This document shows, piece by piece, positions 9,726-19,083 of a stretch of DNA of 64,000 nt. The notes under the pieces are model-generated. The model had not been told where the DNA came from. It did no database searches and saw nothing but the letters and a program-made list of their open reading frames with translations. The stretch is taken from NCBI GenBank assembly GCA_963826265.1, contig CAWGWH010000002.1, positions 1,283,246 through 1,347,245 of the forward strand. The letters run 5' to 3'. The position numbers and the translations under genes are program-made. How positions within the stretch are numbered: the stretch's first letter is position 1; the number at the start of each line of letters is the position of its first letter. Source of the stretch: an uncultured Actinomycetota bacterium. Lineage in GTDB: Bacteria; Actinomycetota; Actinomycetes; Propionibacteriales; Nocardioidaceae.

Positions 9726-11105
9726 ATGAGCGAGTTGACGGTCGAGACCACCGACATTCCCGGCATGATCGTGCTGCGGCTGCCAATGCACCACGACTCG
9801 CGAGGCTGGTTCAAGGAGAGCTGGCAGCGCGAGAAGATGCTGGCGCTCGGCCTCCCTGACTTCGGTCCCGTGCAGCAGAACATCTCCTTCAACGAGCGCC
9901 GCGGTGTCACGCGCGGCATCCACGCCGAGCCGTGGGACAAGCTCGTGTCCCTGGCCACCGGACGCGGGTTCGGCGCTTGGGTCGACCTGCGTGAGGGTCC
10001 GCAGTTCGGCACCCTCGTCACGATCGAGCTGGACCCGTCCGTGGCCGTGTTCGTCCCGCGCGGGGTGGGGAACAGCTACCAGGCACTCGAGGACGGCACG
10101 GCCTACAGCTACCTGGTCAACGACCACTGGTCGGAGAACGGGCAGTACGTCGCGGTCGACCTGGGCGATCCCGCCGTCGGCGTCCCGTGGCCCATCCCGC
10201 TGGCGGAGGCCGACGTCTCCGACAAGGACCGCCAGAACCCGCGGCTGTCGCACGCCTCGCCCGTGCCACTCCCGGGTGTCTTGATCCTGGGCTCGGGGGG
10301 CCAGCTGGCACGGGCCCTGTCGCAGGTCTTCCCCGAGGCGCGCACGGCCGGCGTACGAGACCTCGACATCACGGACCGGGATGCGCTGGAGGCCTGGAAC
10401 TGGCCCGACTACGACGTTGTCATCAACGCTGCCGCATGGACCGACGTCGACGGCGCGGAGTCGCTGTCCGGTCGGCAGCAGGCGTGGCAGACCAACGCGC
10501 AGGGACCGGCCCACCTGGCCCGGCTGGCCACGAAGCACCGCTTCACGTTGGTCCACTACTCCACCGACTACGTGTTCGACGGCGCCCAGGATGACCACAC
10601 CGAGGACGAGCCCCTGTCACCGCTCGGCGTCTATGCCCAGAGCAAGGCGGCTGGTGACCTGGCCGTGTTGACGACGCCGCGTCACCTCCTGCTGCGCACC
10701 AGCTGGCTGGTGGGGGAGGGCAAGAACTTCGTGGCAACGATGAGTGCGCTCGCCCGGCGCGGGATCAGCCCGCAGGTCGTCGATGACCAGCATGGGCGGC
10801 TGACCTTCAGCCTCGAGCTCGCCCGCGCGACCAAGCACCTGCTCGACGTCAGCGCTCCGTTCGGGACCTACAACGTCACGAACGCAGGTCCCGTGATGTC
10901 GTGGGCGGAGGTTGCCCGCCAGGTGTTCGCACTCTGTGGACGTGACCCGGGCGACGTGGTTCCCATCAGCACCGAGCAGTACGCGTCAGGACGGTCCCCT
11001 GCCCCACGGCCGCGTCGCGGCGGTCTCCACCTCGCGAAGCTCCGCAGGACCGGGTTCGAGCCTGAGTCGGCCGCGACCGCGCTCGAGCGCTACCTGTCCA
11101 CGTGA
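9726..11105 (+). CDS. Fused dTDP-4-dehydrorhamnose 3,5-epimerase (RmlC) and dTDP-4-dehydrorhamnose reductase (RmlD)
   Basis: 459 aa. The N-terminal approx 180 aa form an RmlC cupin ([24 protein letters not shown]). The C-terminal approx 275 aa form an RmlD Rossmann domain ([32 protein letters not shown]). A GAGAGGAG ribosome-binding site lies upstream. Confidence 0.88.
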   Translation: MSELTVETTDIPGMIVLRLPMHHDSRGWFKESWQREKMLALGLPDFGPVQQNISFNERRGVTRGIHAEPWDKLVSLATGRGFGAWVDLREGPQFGTLVTIELDPSVAVFVPRGVGNSYQALEDGTAYSYLVNDHWSENGQYVAVDLGDPAVGVPWPIPLAEADVSDKDRQNPRLSHASPVPLPGVLILGSGGQLARALSQVFPEARTAGVRDLDITDRDALEAWNWPDYDVVINAAAWTDVDGAESLSGRQQAWQTNAQGPAHLARLATKHRFTLVHYSTDYVFDGAQDDHTEDEPLSPLGVYAQSKAAGDLAVLTTPRHLLLRTSWLVGEGKNFVATMSALARRGISPQVVDDQHGRLTFSLELARATKHLLDVSAPFGTYNVTNAGPVMSWAEVARQVFALCGRDPGDVVPISTEQYASGRSPAPRPRRGGLHLAKLRRTGFEPESAATALERYLST

Positions 11106-11143
11106 GGTGCGGGGCCACTCCACCCGGATGGGTCGGACGACCC

Positions 11144-12427
11144 TCAGCCCAGCTGAGGCGGAGCCACAGGGGTCGTCGCGGGAGCCCGGCGCAGCATCCG
11201 GACTGCCACCAGCAGCAGAACCATGAGCAGCGCCAGGTCTGTGAGCACCACGACCGTGAGCAGCCCGGTCACGGTGCTGCTGAGGAGCGCTCCGCCGACG
11301 AGGGCGGCGACTCCGATCCAGACCAGCAGGGACCAGGCCTGCTCCCGACGTGCGAGCACCGTGTAGACCAGCAGCTGAAGCATCCCGAGGACAGTGCCCA
11401 GCACGGCGTACGCCCACAAGTAAGGCTCCACCGCCGCGTACTGGCGGTCGCCGATGAAGTCCAGGGCGAGCCCGGAGAACAGCCACGCCCCAGTGGCGAC
11501 ACCACCGCCGACGAACGTGATCAGGGCCAGTCCGGTGGCGAGCGCTCGGGGGGCACGGCCACCGCTGGTCAGCGCTGGATAGGCCACGACGACCACGAAC
11601 TGAGGGAGGAAGAGCACCGCCTTCGCGAGGATCAGGCCAGCGGCGTACAGGCCTGCATCGTGCTGACTCAAGACGTTGCGCGCAACGATCACGTCGGCGT
11701 TCGTCAGGGCGAAGAATGCGAGCAGGGCCGAGGCGTTGTGGAACGTCTCGATGAGCACCGAGCGGGCGGCCGGCGCGTCCAAGTCGGCCGCTTGGGCCGG
11801 CGGTGTGGCGTCGCGGTGCCCACGCCGCAGGGCCCACGTGCCGACGAGAACCGGGACCCAGGCTGTCAGGGCCACGGCGGCGATCCCGGTGACCGCCTCG
11901 GGTTGCCACGCCATCAGCGGCAAGCCGACGAACACGCGCGGCACCCCGGTGGCGACGTAGATGAGGGACAGGTGCCACCAGCGCCGTTCGCCCTGGAGGA
12001 TCCCTGCCTGGCCGCCGGAGATGGTGATCGGGATCACCGCCGCTGCCACGAGGAGCGCTGACGGGAACGCCTGCACCCGCAACACCCAAGCGAGCAAGGG
12101 GCTCAGCACGACCATGGCGGCGCCGAGCCCGAGAGCGCACCACAGAGTCACGCGGAGCACCGTGGCCTCGACGTCCCGCGCCTGCCCCGGGTTGGTGGCC
12201 ACGCGCCGCGCAGCGTTCGCCTGCATCCCGAGCTGGATCACGCTCAGGATCATCAGCGCCGCCATCATGCCGGCAAGTGCGCCGTACTCACGGGGACCGA
12301 GCAGCCGGACGGCGAGCACCGTGAACCCGTAGGTGCCGAGGTGCATGACCATCGTGGAGGCGGCCAGGAACGTCGGGCTGGCGAGGAAGGCAGGCCGCAT
12401 CGCCTGGTTCACTCCGCCGCTCGACAC
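11144..12427 (-). CDS. Polysaccharide/oligosaccharide flippase, MOP (Wzx-like) superfamily
   Basis: 427 aa with about 12 predicted TM segments and typical 'polysaccharide biosynthesis protein' composition. It lies next to the rml genes. Confidence 0.65.
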   Translation of the reverse strand: MSSGGVNQAMRPAFLASPTFLAASTMVMHLGTYGFTVLAVRLLGPREYGALAGMMAALMILSVIQLGMQANAARRVATNPGQARDVEATVLRVTLWCALGLGAAMVVLSPLLAWVLRVQAFPSALLVAAAVIPITISGGQAGILQGERRWWHLSLIYVATGVPRVFVGLPLMAWQPEAVTGIAAVALTAWVPVLVGTWALRRGHRDATPPAQAADLDAPAARSVLIETFHNASALLAFFALTNADVIVARNVLSQHDAGLYAAGLILAKAVLFLPQFVVVVAYPALTSGGRAPRALATGLALITFVGGGVATGAWLFSGLALDFIGDRQYAAVEPYLWAYAVLGTVLGMLQLLVYTVLARREQAWSLLVWIGVAALVGGALLSSTVTGLLTVVVLTDLALLMVLLLVAVRMLRRAPATTPVAPPQLG

Positions 12428-12600
12428 GGCTCGGAGTGTGTCACAGGGCCGGCATCTGGCAGAGGTCCTGCGAGGGGGTGATGAGCGACACTCCTGCCAC
12501 GAATTGTCTGGGTTTGTTACTGCACGGTAGAGTCCGGCGACCCCCGGTCGGGGGTCCGTGGTCGGAGGGACCGCGATCCGTGGAGGGACTCTTCTTCATC

Positions 12601-13161
12601 ATGCGTACAACCATGATCTCAGGGCTGCTGCTGACCATCGCAGCGGCCCTCACCATGTTGCTCAGTTCGTGGCTTGACCTCGAGCTCGAGCCAACCGTGC
12701 TGCTCGGGGTGACCACGGGTGCCGTTCTCGCCCTGGTACCGGACCTCAGCGCAGCACGTCGGGTCGCCGGTTTCGTGCTGGGCGTTCTCGCCTCGCTCGT
12801 GGCGTACCTGGTTCGGGCGGGCTACACGCCCGACACCGCCGCTGGCCGGACCGTGTACGTGGTCCTGGCCATCGCGCTGTGTGTCGTGGTCGCCGTCGTG
12901 AGCGCCAGCCGGCTGCCGCTGTGGTCGGTCCTCCTCGGGGCCGGCACCTTCGCCGGCGCGTTCGAGGCGACCTACTCCGCGGCACCGCCACGTGTCCTCG
13001 ACAACGCCGTGGGTGGCGTCACGACGCTGCTGATGTGCGTCGCGATCGGATTCCTCGCCGCTGCGCTTGCAGACGGTGCCCGCGGTCAGGGCGCCACGCG
13101 CCGCGAGGAATCGGACCACGACGACACCACGACTGACGAGCAGATGGAGACCGCGAAGTGA
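12601..13161 (+). CDS. Hypothetical polytopic membrane protein, translationally coupled to the downstream surface protein
   Basis: 186 aa from ATG 12601 (MRTTMISGLLL...) with 5-6 hydrophobic segments and an acidic tail. Its stop overlaps the GTG start at 13158. The ORF-track start at 12436 is less likely. Confidence 0.5.
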   Translation: MRTTMISGLLLTIAAALTMLLSSWLDLELEPTVLLGVTTGAVLALVPDLSAARRVAGFVLGVLASLVAYLVRAGYTPDTAAGRTVYVVLAIALCVVVAVVSASRLPLWSVLLGAGTFAGAFEATYSAAPPRVLDNAVGGVTTLLMCVAIGFLAAALADGARGQGATRREESDHDDTTTDEQMETAK

Positions 13162-15545
13162 AGACCATCCCCCTGGGCCCAGGTGCCGCCCTCCTTGCAC
13201 TTGCATTCGTGGCCACCGGGCCCGCCGCGTACGCCGCTGAGGGCGACGTCGAGGTCGTCAACACCGAGACCATCCAGGTCTACATCAGCTCCGAGGGTGA
13301 CATCGAGAGCCAGCGCGTCTACGAGCAGCTGTCACTCACAGGTTCAGGCTCCGTCGAGCTCGCCAACCCGATCGAGGAGAGCGGACTGCGCAACCTTGAC
13401 GGCTTCTCGGGCCTCTCCGTCGAGGATGGCGTCCAGAACGTCGCGGTGGACGTCGATGGCGTGGAGCGCCTGCGATCAGTCTCCGACTACGAGGGCGAGC
13501 TGCCGCTCGACATCTCCGTCGAGTACCGACTCGACGGCGCCAGGGTGAACCCCTCCGACGTCGTCGGAGCCGAGGGCGAGCTCGAGGTCCTCTACACCGT
13601 CAAGAACGTCACCGCCAAGCCGCAGGAGGTCACCTTCACCGATGGCAACGGCGGCACCGTCACCGAGACGGTGGACGTTCCGATTCCGATGGTCGGGTCC
13701 CTCTCCACCGTGGCTCCGCCCTCCTTCACCGACGTCCGTTCGGAGCAGGCCAACATGGCAGGCGACGGCAAGGGCGGCACGCGTATGAGCTTCACCATGA
13801 CCCTGTTCCCGCCGCTGGGGTCCGACGAGGTCCAGTTCGGCTACACCGCAACTGTGGAGGACGCAGTTGTTCCACCGTCCTCCGTCTCGGCGCTGCCGGT
13901 CAACCCGCTGGAGAGCACGTCGTTCAAGACCGCCGGCGAGAGTTACAAGTCCGGGTCGGACACAGGTGTGCGCCTAGCGGAGGGCGCGACCGAGATCGAC
14001 GCCAATCTTCTGAAGCTTCAAGATGGTGCGGCAAAGCTCCTGGCGGGCTTGATCCAATTGTCCGACGGCGCCGACCAGCTCAACGCCGGTCTCGCAGGTG
14101 AGGCCGCCCCTGGTGCCGTGCAGCTCGCTGACGGTGCCGTCGTTCTGAAGGACGGCCTCGGTCAGATCGATGATGGCGCCGGCCGGCTGGCCGACGGGGC
14201 CGGGCGCCTCAAGGCCGGTTCCGGCGACGCGCTCAGCGGTAGCCAGCAGCTTGAGGCGGGGCTGGGGCAGATCAGCGGCGGTCTCGACCAATTGGCAGCG
14301 ACCGACGGACTCCCTGCGGCGCAGGTGGGCATCAAGCGGCTTCGTGCTGGCATCGACCTCGTCCTCGCAGGGCTGGGTAGCACCACTCAGCAGGACACCT
14401 TGATCGGTGGACTGCATGCGCTTGAAGTCGGTCTTGGCGACGCTGAGGCCGGAACTGGCCGCCTTGCCGGCGGGATGGATCAGCTACGAGGTCCTACTGG
14501 TCTCGGAGCGGCGCGGGGTGGCGTCGACACCATCAAGTCGCGCCTCGACAGCGAGACCCTGGCAGCCGGTGGAAGCCTCGACCAGCTGGTGGGTGGACTG
14601 GCCGCAATCAAGGCGAACTTCTGCGCCACGCACCCGGCCAAGAACGCGTGCGACGATCTGGTCGACCGGCTAGTGGCGGGAGTTGAGCATCCCGTAGAGG
14701 GCAGTCGCAAGAAGCTGACTGACGCGTCGAATGGTCTCGGAGATGTCTCCTCCGGGCTTGGCAACGCGATCGCGACACTCACGCCGCTCACGCCCGAGCA
14801 GTGCGCCGGTCTTGCACAGCCGACTCTTCGCTGTGGATTGATGAGCCTGGCGGCTGGGATCACCCGCGCCAAGGACGGTGCGGGCGAGCTCGGGCAGGGC
14901 GCCAAGGACCTGAAGGCGGGTGTCCTCGAGATCGATGGCGGCCTTGGTGAGCTCCAGGCCGGGATCACGAGTGCCGTCTCCGGGGTACTTCAACTGTCCA
15001 CCGGGGCCAATGACGCACACGCGGGGTCCGGAGAGCTGGCGGGCGGCTTGGGGCTGATCGCCGACGGAGCCGGCGAGCTGTCCGACGGCGCCAACCGGCT
15101 GGCCGACGGGACGGGCGAGGCGAGCGACGGCTCGCAGCGCCTGGCTGACGGTGCCGGCGAACTCTCAGACGGTCTCGGTGACGCGGCCGACGGCTCCAGC
15201 CGCCTGGCCGACGGGATGGCGGAGGCCGCCGACGGTGCACCGCAGATCGTCGACGGTGCCGGGCGTCTGTCCGAGGAGGGCATGTCGCAGCTGATCGGTG
15301 CGGGTCAGGACACTGCTCAGGACTACGGCAAGCTCTACGCGACTATCGCAGCCGGTGGTGAGCGTGCGGATGCCGAGAAGATGGCCTACGGCGCGCCCGC
15401 TGATGCCACGGGAGTCACGGCCTACACCTACGAGCTGCTTGGCGACGACGGCGAGGGTGGTCGGAACCTCAAGCGAGGCCTGGGCGGGCTGGCGCTCCTC
15501 GGCCTGGGAGGCTTGGCCTTCGGGCTCCGGCGACGGTTCGTCTGA
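13158..15545 (+). CDS. Secreted, C-terminally membrane-anchored protein with xxxLxxG-type heptad repeats (YhgE/Pip-like repeat region)
   Basis: 795 aa. It has a signal peptide (ALLALAFVATGPAAYAAEG), a beta-rich N-terminal region of approx 260 aa, and two arrays of LxDGxxx/LxAGxxx heptads. The C-terminus is a hydrophobic segment plus RRRFV. Confidence 0.75.
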   Translation: MKTIPLGPGAALLALAFVATGPAAYAAEGDVEVVNTETIQVYISSEGDIESQRVYEQLSLTGSGSVELANPIEESGLRNLDGFSGLSVEDGVQNVAVDVDGVERLRSVSDYEGELPLDISVEYRLDGARVNPSDVVGAEGELEVLYTVKNVTAKPQEVTFTDGNGGTVTETVDVPIPMVGSLSTVAPPSFTDVRSEQANMAGDGKGGTRMSFTMTLFPPLGSDEVQFGYTATVEDAVVPPSSVSALPVNPLESTSFKTAGESYKSGSDTGVRLAEGATEIDANLLKLQDGAAKLLAGLIQLSDGADQLNAGLAGEAAPGAVQLADGAVVLKDGLGQIDDGAGRLADGAGRLKAGSGDALSGSQQLEAGLGQISGGLDQLAATDGLPAAQVGIKRLRAGIDLVLAGLGSTTQQDTLIGGLHALEVGLGDAEAGTGRLAGGMDQLRGPTGLGAARGGVDTIKSRLDSETLAAGGSLDQLVGGLAAIKANFCATHPAKNACDDLVDRLVAGVEHPVEGSRKKLTDASNGLGDVSSGLGNAIATLTPLTPEQCAGLAQPTLRCGLMSLAAGITRAKDGAGELGQGAKDLKAGVLEIDGGLGELQAGITSAVSGVLQLSTGANDAHAGSGELAGGLGLIADGAGELSDGANRLADGTGEASDGSQRLADGAGELSDGLGDAADGSSRLADGMAEAADGAPQIVDGAGRLSEEGMSQLIGAGQDTAQDYGKLYATIAAGGERADAEKMAYGAPADATGVTAYTYELLGDDGEGGRNLKRGLGGLALLGLGGLAFGLRRRFV
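14016..14294 (+). repeat. First in-frame heptad (21-nt period) repeat array inside the surface protein gene
   Basis: LQDGAAK LLAGLIQ LSDGADQ LNAGLAG ... LADGAGR LKAGSGD ... LEAGLGQ ISGGLDQ. Confidence 0.7.
15057..15266 (+). repeat. Second in-frame heptad array: ten consecutive 21-nt units
   Basis: IADGAGE LSDGANR LADGTGE ASDGSQR LADGAGE LSDGLGD AADGSSR LADGMAE AADGAPQ IVDGAGR. Confidence 0.8.
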
Positions 15546-15552
15546 CCCAAAT

Positions 15553-15586
15553 CACGGCGCCGCCTCCCAATGGGGGCGGCGCCGTG
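15553..15586. terminator. Hairpin terminator between the convergent surface-protein gene and the HNH gene
   Basis: CACGGCGCCGCC-(10 nt)-GGCGGCGCCGTG forms a 12-bp perfect stem. Confidence 0.6.
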
Positions 15587-15596
15587 GCGTCTGCCG

Positions 15597-16913
15597 TCAG
15601 GCCGCCAGGCCCAGCCGGCGGGTGCCGGTGTGATCGACGAGGTAGTAGGCGCCGTGGGGGTCGCGCCAGATGTAGATGCCGGCGTAGGGCTGTTGGACGT
15701 CCCAGTTGCCGTGGGTCTTGACCCGGTGATGGAAGCCGGTCATCGGTCCGTAGTTCCCGATCCTCGACTGCCCAGCACCGGCGACCGCCCCGGGTTCGTA
15801 CTCCTCGGTGTGGTCGATCTGCTGGTGGCGAGGATCGAGGCTGCTCGCGAACGGGAACGTGTCGGCCGGCGTCATGAGATGCACGGCCTGCCTATGTCGG
15901 TCTGGGATCTCGTAGCTGTCGACCGGCGCTTGGCCCTCGAGGTCGAGCACCGGCGTGATGGTGACGTTGGCGGCCTGGCCCAGGTGGCGGCGGAGGTACG
16001 CCTCGGTCACCGGGCCGACACCCTCGACCCTGGCGACACCCTCCGAAGGCGCCTCGGGCGTGCTGCGGTACATGTGCACCAAGATGGTGACCGCCGGCAG
16101 CAGCTTGGACCAGTCCAGGTCCTGCCCCTGTTCTTGAGCCTGCCGGTGTCCGGCCAGCAGCTGGACCGCGGCTGCCGGGTTGGCCAGGAGCAGGATCGCC
16201 TTGACCCGGCGGTGATCGTTGTCGGCTGTGTCGCCCTGGTCGGCCAGCAGGTCGGCGAGCTGTTGCACGGTGGCGTCCAGCCGGGCGATGACGGCGAAGG
16301 GGGCGCGGATGTAGAAGCCACGCATCCCGTTCTCGGTGGACCGGGACGGGGTGGCGAACTGTCGCTTGGCCTCCTCGTCCTCGCGTCGCATGGCCGACCA
16401 CCGGTCGGCGGCGACGATCGCGGCAGCGACCAGCTCCTCGAACCGCGACCACGGGATCCGCCCGTCGGCGGACTCCACCACCCGCTCATCGACGTGGGCG
16501 GCCTGCTCGAGATTGAGGTCGCGGGTGCGGCGGGCGACGTAGCGCGCGTAGGAGACCTTCACCTCGAGCGACTCGACCCGGGCCCACAGCCGCGGCAGCC
16601 GGATCACCAGGTCCAACGCATCGGCCATCAGCGAGTGCGCCGTCCACGGCGAGACCCCGAGGCGGGCGCCGAGCTCGGCCGAGGCGAACTCCGCCACCGC
16701 CTCGGTGCCTACGCCACCGAACCGCCTGGCCCGCACACGCCCGGGCAGCTTGGCCAGCTGCGGATCGAGCGTGTCGGGGTTGTTGATCACCGCGTGCTGG
16801 AGGGCCGCCCTGAGGATTCCCACCTCACACCGCCGCTGCGTCGTGGCCAGGTCATCGACGTGGTCGAGCAGCTCACTTCCCGACATCTCCTCGATCGACC
16901 TAACCGCTTCCAT
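15597..16913 (-). CDS. DUF222 / HNH endonuclease-signature protein (REP13E12-like family)
   Basis: 438 aa. The N-terminus (ELLDHVDDLATTQRRCEVGILRAALQHA) is typical of DUF222. The C-terminal HNH-like region reads IDHTEEYEPG...GNYGPMTGFHHRVKTHGNW. Confidence 0.8.
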   Translation of the reverse strand: MEAVRSIEEMSGSELLDHVDDLATTQRRCEVGILRAALQHAVINNPDTLDPQLAKLPGRVRARRFGGVGTEAVAEFASAELGARLGVSPWTAHSLMADALDLVIRLPRLWARVESLEVKVSYARYVARRTRDLNLEQAAHVDERVVESADGRIPWSRFEELVAAAIVAADRWSAMRREDEEAKRQFATPSRSTENGMRGFYIRAPFAVIARLDATVQQLADLLADQGDTADNDHRRVKAILLLANPAAAVQLLAGHRQAQEQGQDLDWSKLLPAVTILVHMYRSTPEAPSEGVARVEGVGPVTEAYLRRHLGQAANVTITPVLDLEGQAPVDSYEIPDRHRQAVHLMTPADTFPFASSLDPRHQQIDHTEEYEPGAVAGAGQSRIGNYGPMTGFHHRVKTHGNWDVQQPYAGIYIWRDPHGAYYLVDHTGTRRLGLAA

Positions 16914-16995
16914 GCCTCAACCCAAGCACTGGCCACCGACACCTCCGGACCTCAGAACCCCTTGTCCACAAGGGATTCCGGCATCGTGACCCAAC

Positions 16996-17010
16996 CGTGA
17001 CCGGGTCACG
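16996..17010. promoter_or_regulatory. 15-nt perfect palindrome upstream of the FUSC-family gene (candidate operator)
   Basis: CGTGACC-G-GGTCACG lies 33 nt upstream of ATG 17043. Confidence 0.3.
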
Positions 17011-17042
17011 CGCGGTCGGCCGGCCCGTCCTATGCTCGGCGG

Positions 17043-18143
17043 ATGAAGGATGCACTATCCCGGCGGCTGCGCGATCCCATGTTCTGGAGCGATGTCTTGC
17101 AGCTGTTCAAGACCGCGCTGGCTGCGGTGGTGGCGTGGGTCCTGGCGGATGCGGTGCTGGAGCTGAGTCAACCTTTCCTGGCTCCATGGGCGGCACTGCT
17201 CGTGGTCCACGCGACCGTCTACCGGACCTTCTCCGAGGGTGCCCGGCAGGTGGCGGCGACTGTCATCGCGGTGCTGCTGGCTGCCGGGGTCGGACACGCC
17301 CTCGGGCTCGACACCGCCGCGGTGGCAGTCCTGATCGTGGTTGCCCTGGTGCTCGGGTCGTTTCCGTGGTTCGGCACGGAGGTGACCCTGATCGCCACGA
17401 CCGGCGTCGTGGTGCTGACCACCGGGTTCACCGATGACCTGCTTTTGCTGCAGCGGCTTGCCGGCACCGCCATCGGAGTCGGGGTGGGGCTGCTGATCAA
17501 CCTGGTCGTATGGCCGCCGTTGCTCCGTCGTACGGCGATCACCGCGTTGAACCGCATCTACGAGGGGATCGGTGACCTCCTCGCGGACATCGCCGCCGGG
17601 CTCGAGGACGACTCCACGAACGCCGATGCCGACTGGTGGGTCGACCGGAGCCGCGACCTGGACGCGGAGCTCGACCACGCCTGGGCCCTGGTCCGACAAG
17701 CGCGCGAAAGCGCCTGGATGAACCCTCGGCGCACGGCAGACGAGTTTCGTAACCCCAAGCAGTGGCACGCGTCGCTGCGACAGATGGAGCAGGCGGTCGC
17801 CGAGACCCGCAGCATGGCCCACACGCTCTGGGCAGGGTCGAACCCGCGCCAGGACCCCGACGCGGCGTTCGCAGCGGATTGGACGTCCGTGCTCAAGGCC
17901 ACGGCGCGGGTGATCGCCGGCTCCGACGCCGATGAGTTCGACGGGGTCCGGCAGCGGCTGGACACGCTGGTGCGCGAGCTCGGCTCCGGTAGCCCGCTCT
18001 CCCCGAGGTGGCCGGTCCACGGGGCGCTGATCGTCAACCTGCGCAACATCCTCGACGCGATGGACGACGTGGCGGTGGCCCACCCATTTGCCGAGCCGCC
18101 GCGACCGCTGGCGCAGGTGAGGGGCGTGCGGCGACGGGGTTGA
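17043..18143 (+). CDS. FUSC / aromatic acid exporter (ArAE) family membrane protein
   Basis: 366 aa. The N-terminal half has about 5 TM segments (LFKTALAAVVAWVLA...). The C-terminal half is a soluble helical region, as in FUSC-family proteins. Confidence 0.65.
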   Translation: MKDALSRRLRDPMFWSDVLQLFKTALAAVVAWVLADAVLELSQPFLAPWAALLVVHATVYRTFSEGARQVAATVIAVLLAAGVGHALGLDTAAVAVLIVVALVLGSFPWFGTEVTLIATTGVVVLTTGFTDDLLLLQRLAGTAIGVGVGLLINLVVWPPLLRRTAITALNRIYEGIGDLLADIAAGLEDDSTNADADWWVDRSRDLDAELDHAWALVRQARESAWMNPRRTADEFRNPKQWHASLRQMEQAVAETRSMAHTLWAGSNPRQDPDAAFAADWTSVLKATARVIAGSDADEFDGVRQRLDTLVRELGSGSPLSPRWPVHGALIVNLRNILDAMDDVAVAHPFAEPPRPLAQVRGVRRRG

Positions 18144-18155
18144 CCTCTGTGTACG

Positions 18156-18974
18156 TCAGCCGAGGTCGGCCATGAAGATCGCGGTGCCGGGGGTGTGCCG
18201 GCCGCGGATCGCGGACCAGCCGCCCCAGACGCGGTCGTGACCCTCGGGCCACTCCGGCTCGAGCAGCCGGCGCAGCCGGAAGCCGTGGGTGTCGAGCACG
18301 TCGACCCAATCACCGAGGGTGCGGTGGTGCTCGACGTAGGAGACCTCTCCGGTGGCGTCGTCGATCTCGACGTACGGCGTGCGGTCCCAGTAGGACTGGC
18401 TCGCGGTGAGGCCCGGCTCGCCCGGGTCGTCGGGGAACATCCAGCGGGTCGGGTGGGTGATGGAGAACGCGTAGCGGCCGCCGGGGCGGAGCACCCGCGC
18501 GGTCTCGGCCACGGCTCGGTCGAGGTCGCTGACGAACTGGAGTGCCCCGAACGAGCAGAAGACGACGTCGAAGCTGCGGTCGGTGAAGGGGAGGTGGGTG
18601 GCCGTGCCAAGGACAGCCGGCACCGGGATCCCGGACTCGTCGTCGATCCGGCGCGAGTGCTGCAGCTGGCGGTGTGACAGGTCGAGGCCGACCGCGCGAC
18701 CGCCCTCGGCGATCACCCATCTGGAGCACTGGCCGGCACCGGAGCCCACCTCGAGCACGTCACGGTCCCGCACCGAACCGAGCGCACCCGCGTCGGTCTC
18801 GGTGAGCCCCTCCGGCCCCCACACGAACCCCACGTCGCCGAGGAAGGGACCGTGGGTCGCCTGGTACTCATCGGCGTACCGGTCCCAGTCCGGTCCGTTC
18901 GCCTGCCGCGACTCCGCCTCGTCGACCGCCCGCCGTTCCACCCGCACCGCCGGGTGCGGCCACGCCTGTTCCAC
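18156..18974 (-). CDS. Class I SAM-dependent methyltransferase
   Basis: 272 aa with motif I VLEVGSGAGQ and post-I GLDLS, and a Methyltransf_11-like layout. Confidence 0.8.
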   Translation of the reverse strand: MEQAWPHPAVRVERRAVDEAESRQANGPDWDRYADEYQATHGPFLGDVGFVWGPEGLTETDAGALGSVRDRDVLEVGSGAGQCSRWVIAEGGRAVGLDLSHRQLQHSRRIDDESGIPVPAVLGTATHLPFTDRSFDVVFCSFGALQFVSDLDRAVAETARVLRPGGRYAFSITHPTRWMFPDDPGEPGLTASQSYWDRTPYVEIDDATGEVSYVEHHRTLGDWVDVLDTHGFRLRRLLEPEWPEGHDRVWGGWSAIRGRHTPGTAIFMADLG

Positions 18975-19083
18975 GTCATGAGCCTAGTCCGACGGCGCTA
19001 GCCCTTGACATGGTGGACCGCGACTCAACTATTGTCCCCGAAATCGGCGCCGGCGCCCGCCGGCGCCCTACGGGGGGTTCCAG

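Noticed and set aside
9668-10021. Upstream 118-codon extension of the rmlA ORF
   Set aside because: RmlA homologues begin at MRGIILAGG. The extension overlaps the rmlC-rmlD coding region on the other strand.
7515-10598. 1027-aa minus-strand ORF spanning the polA 3' end, rmlA and rmlC-rmlD
   Set aside because: It is antisense or out of frame to three genes with unmistakable homology. The protein is Arg/Gly/Pro/Ala-rich low complexity, typical of shadow ORFs in very GC-rich DNA.
15057-15266. Regular 21-nt periodic repeats that could be mistaken for a CRISPR or VNTR array
   Set aside because: The repeats are in frame inside a long ORF and encode protein heptads. They have no spacer/repeat structure and no cas genes.
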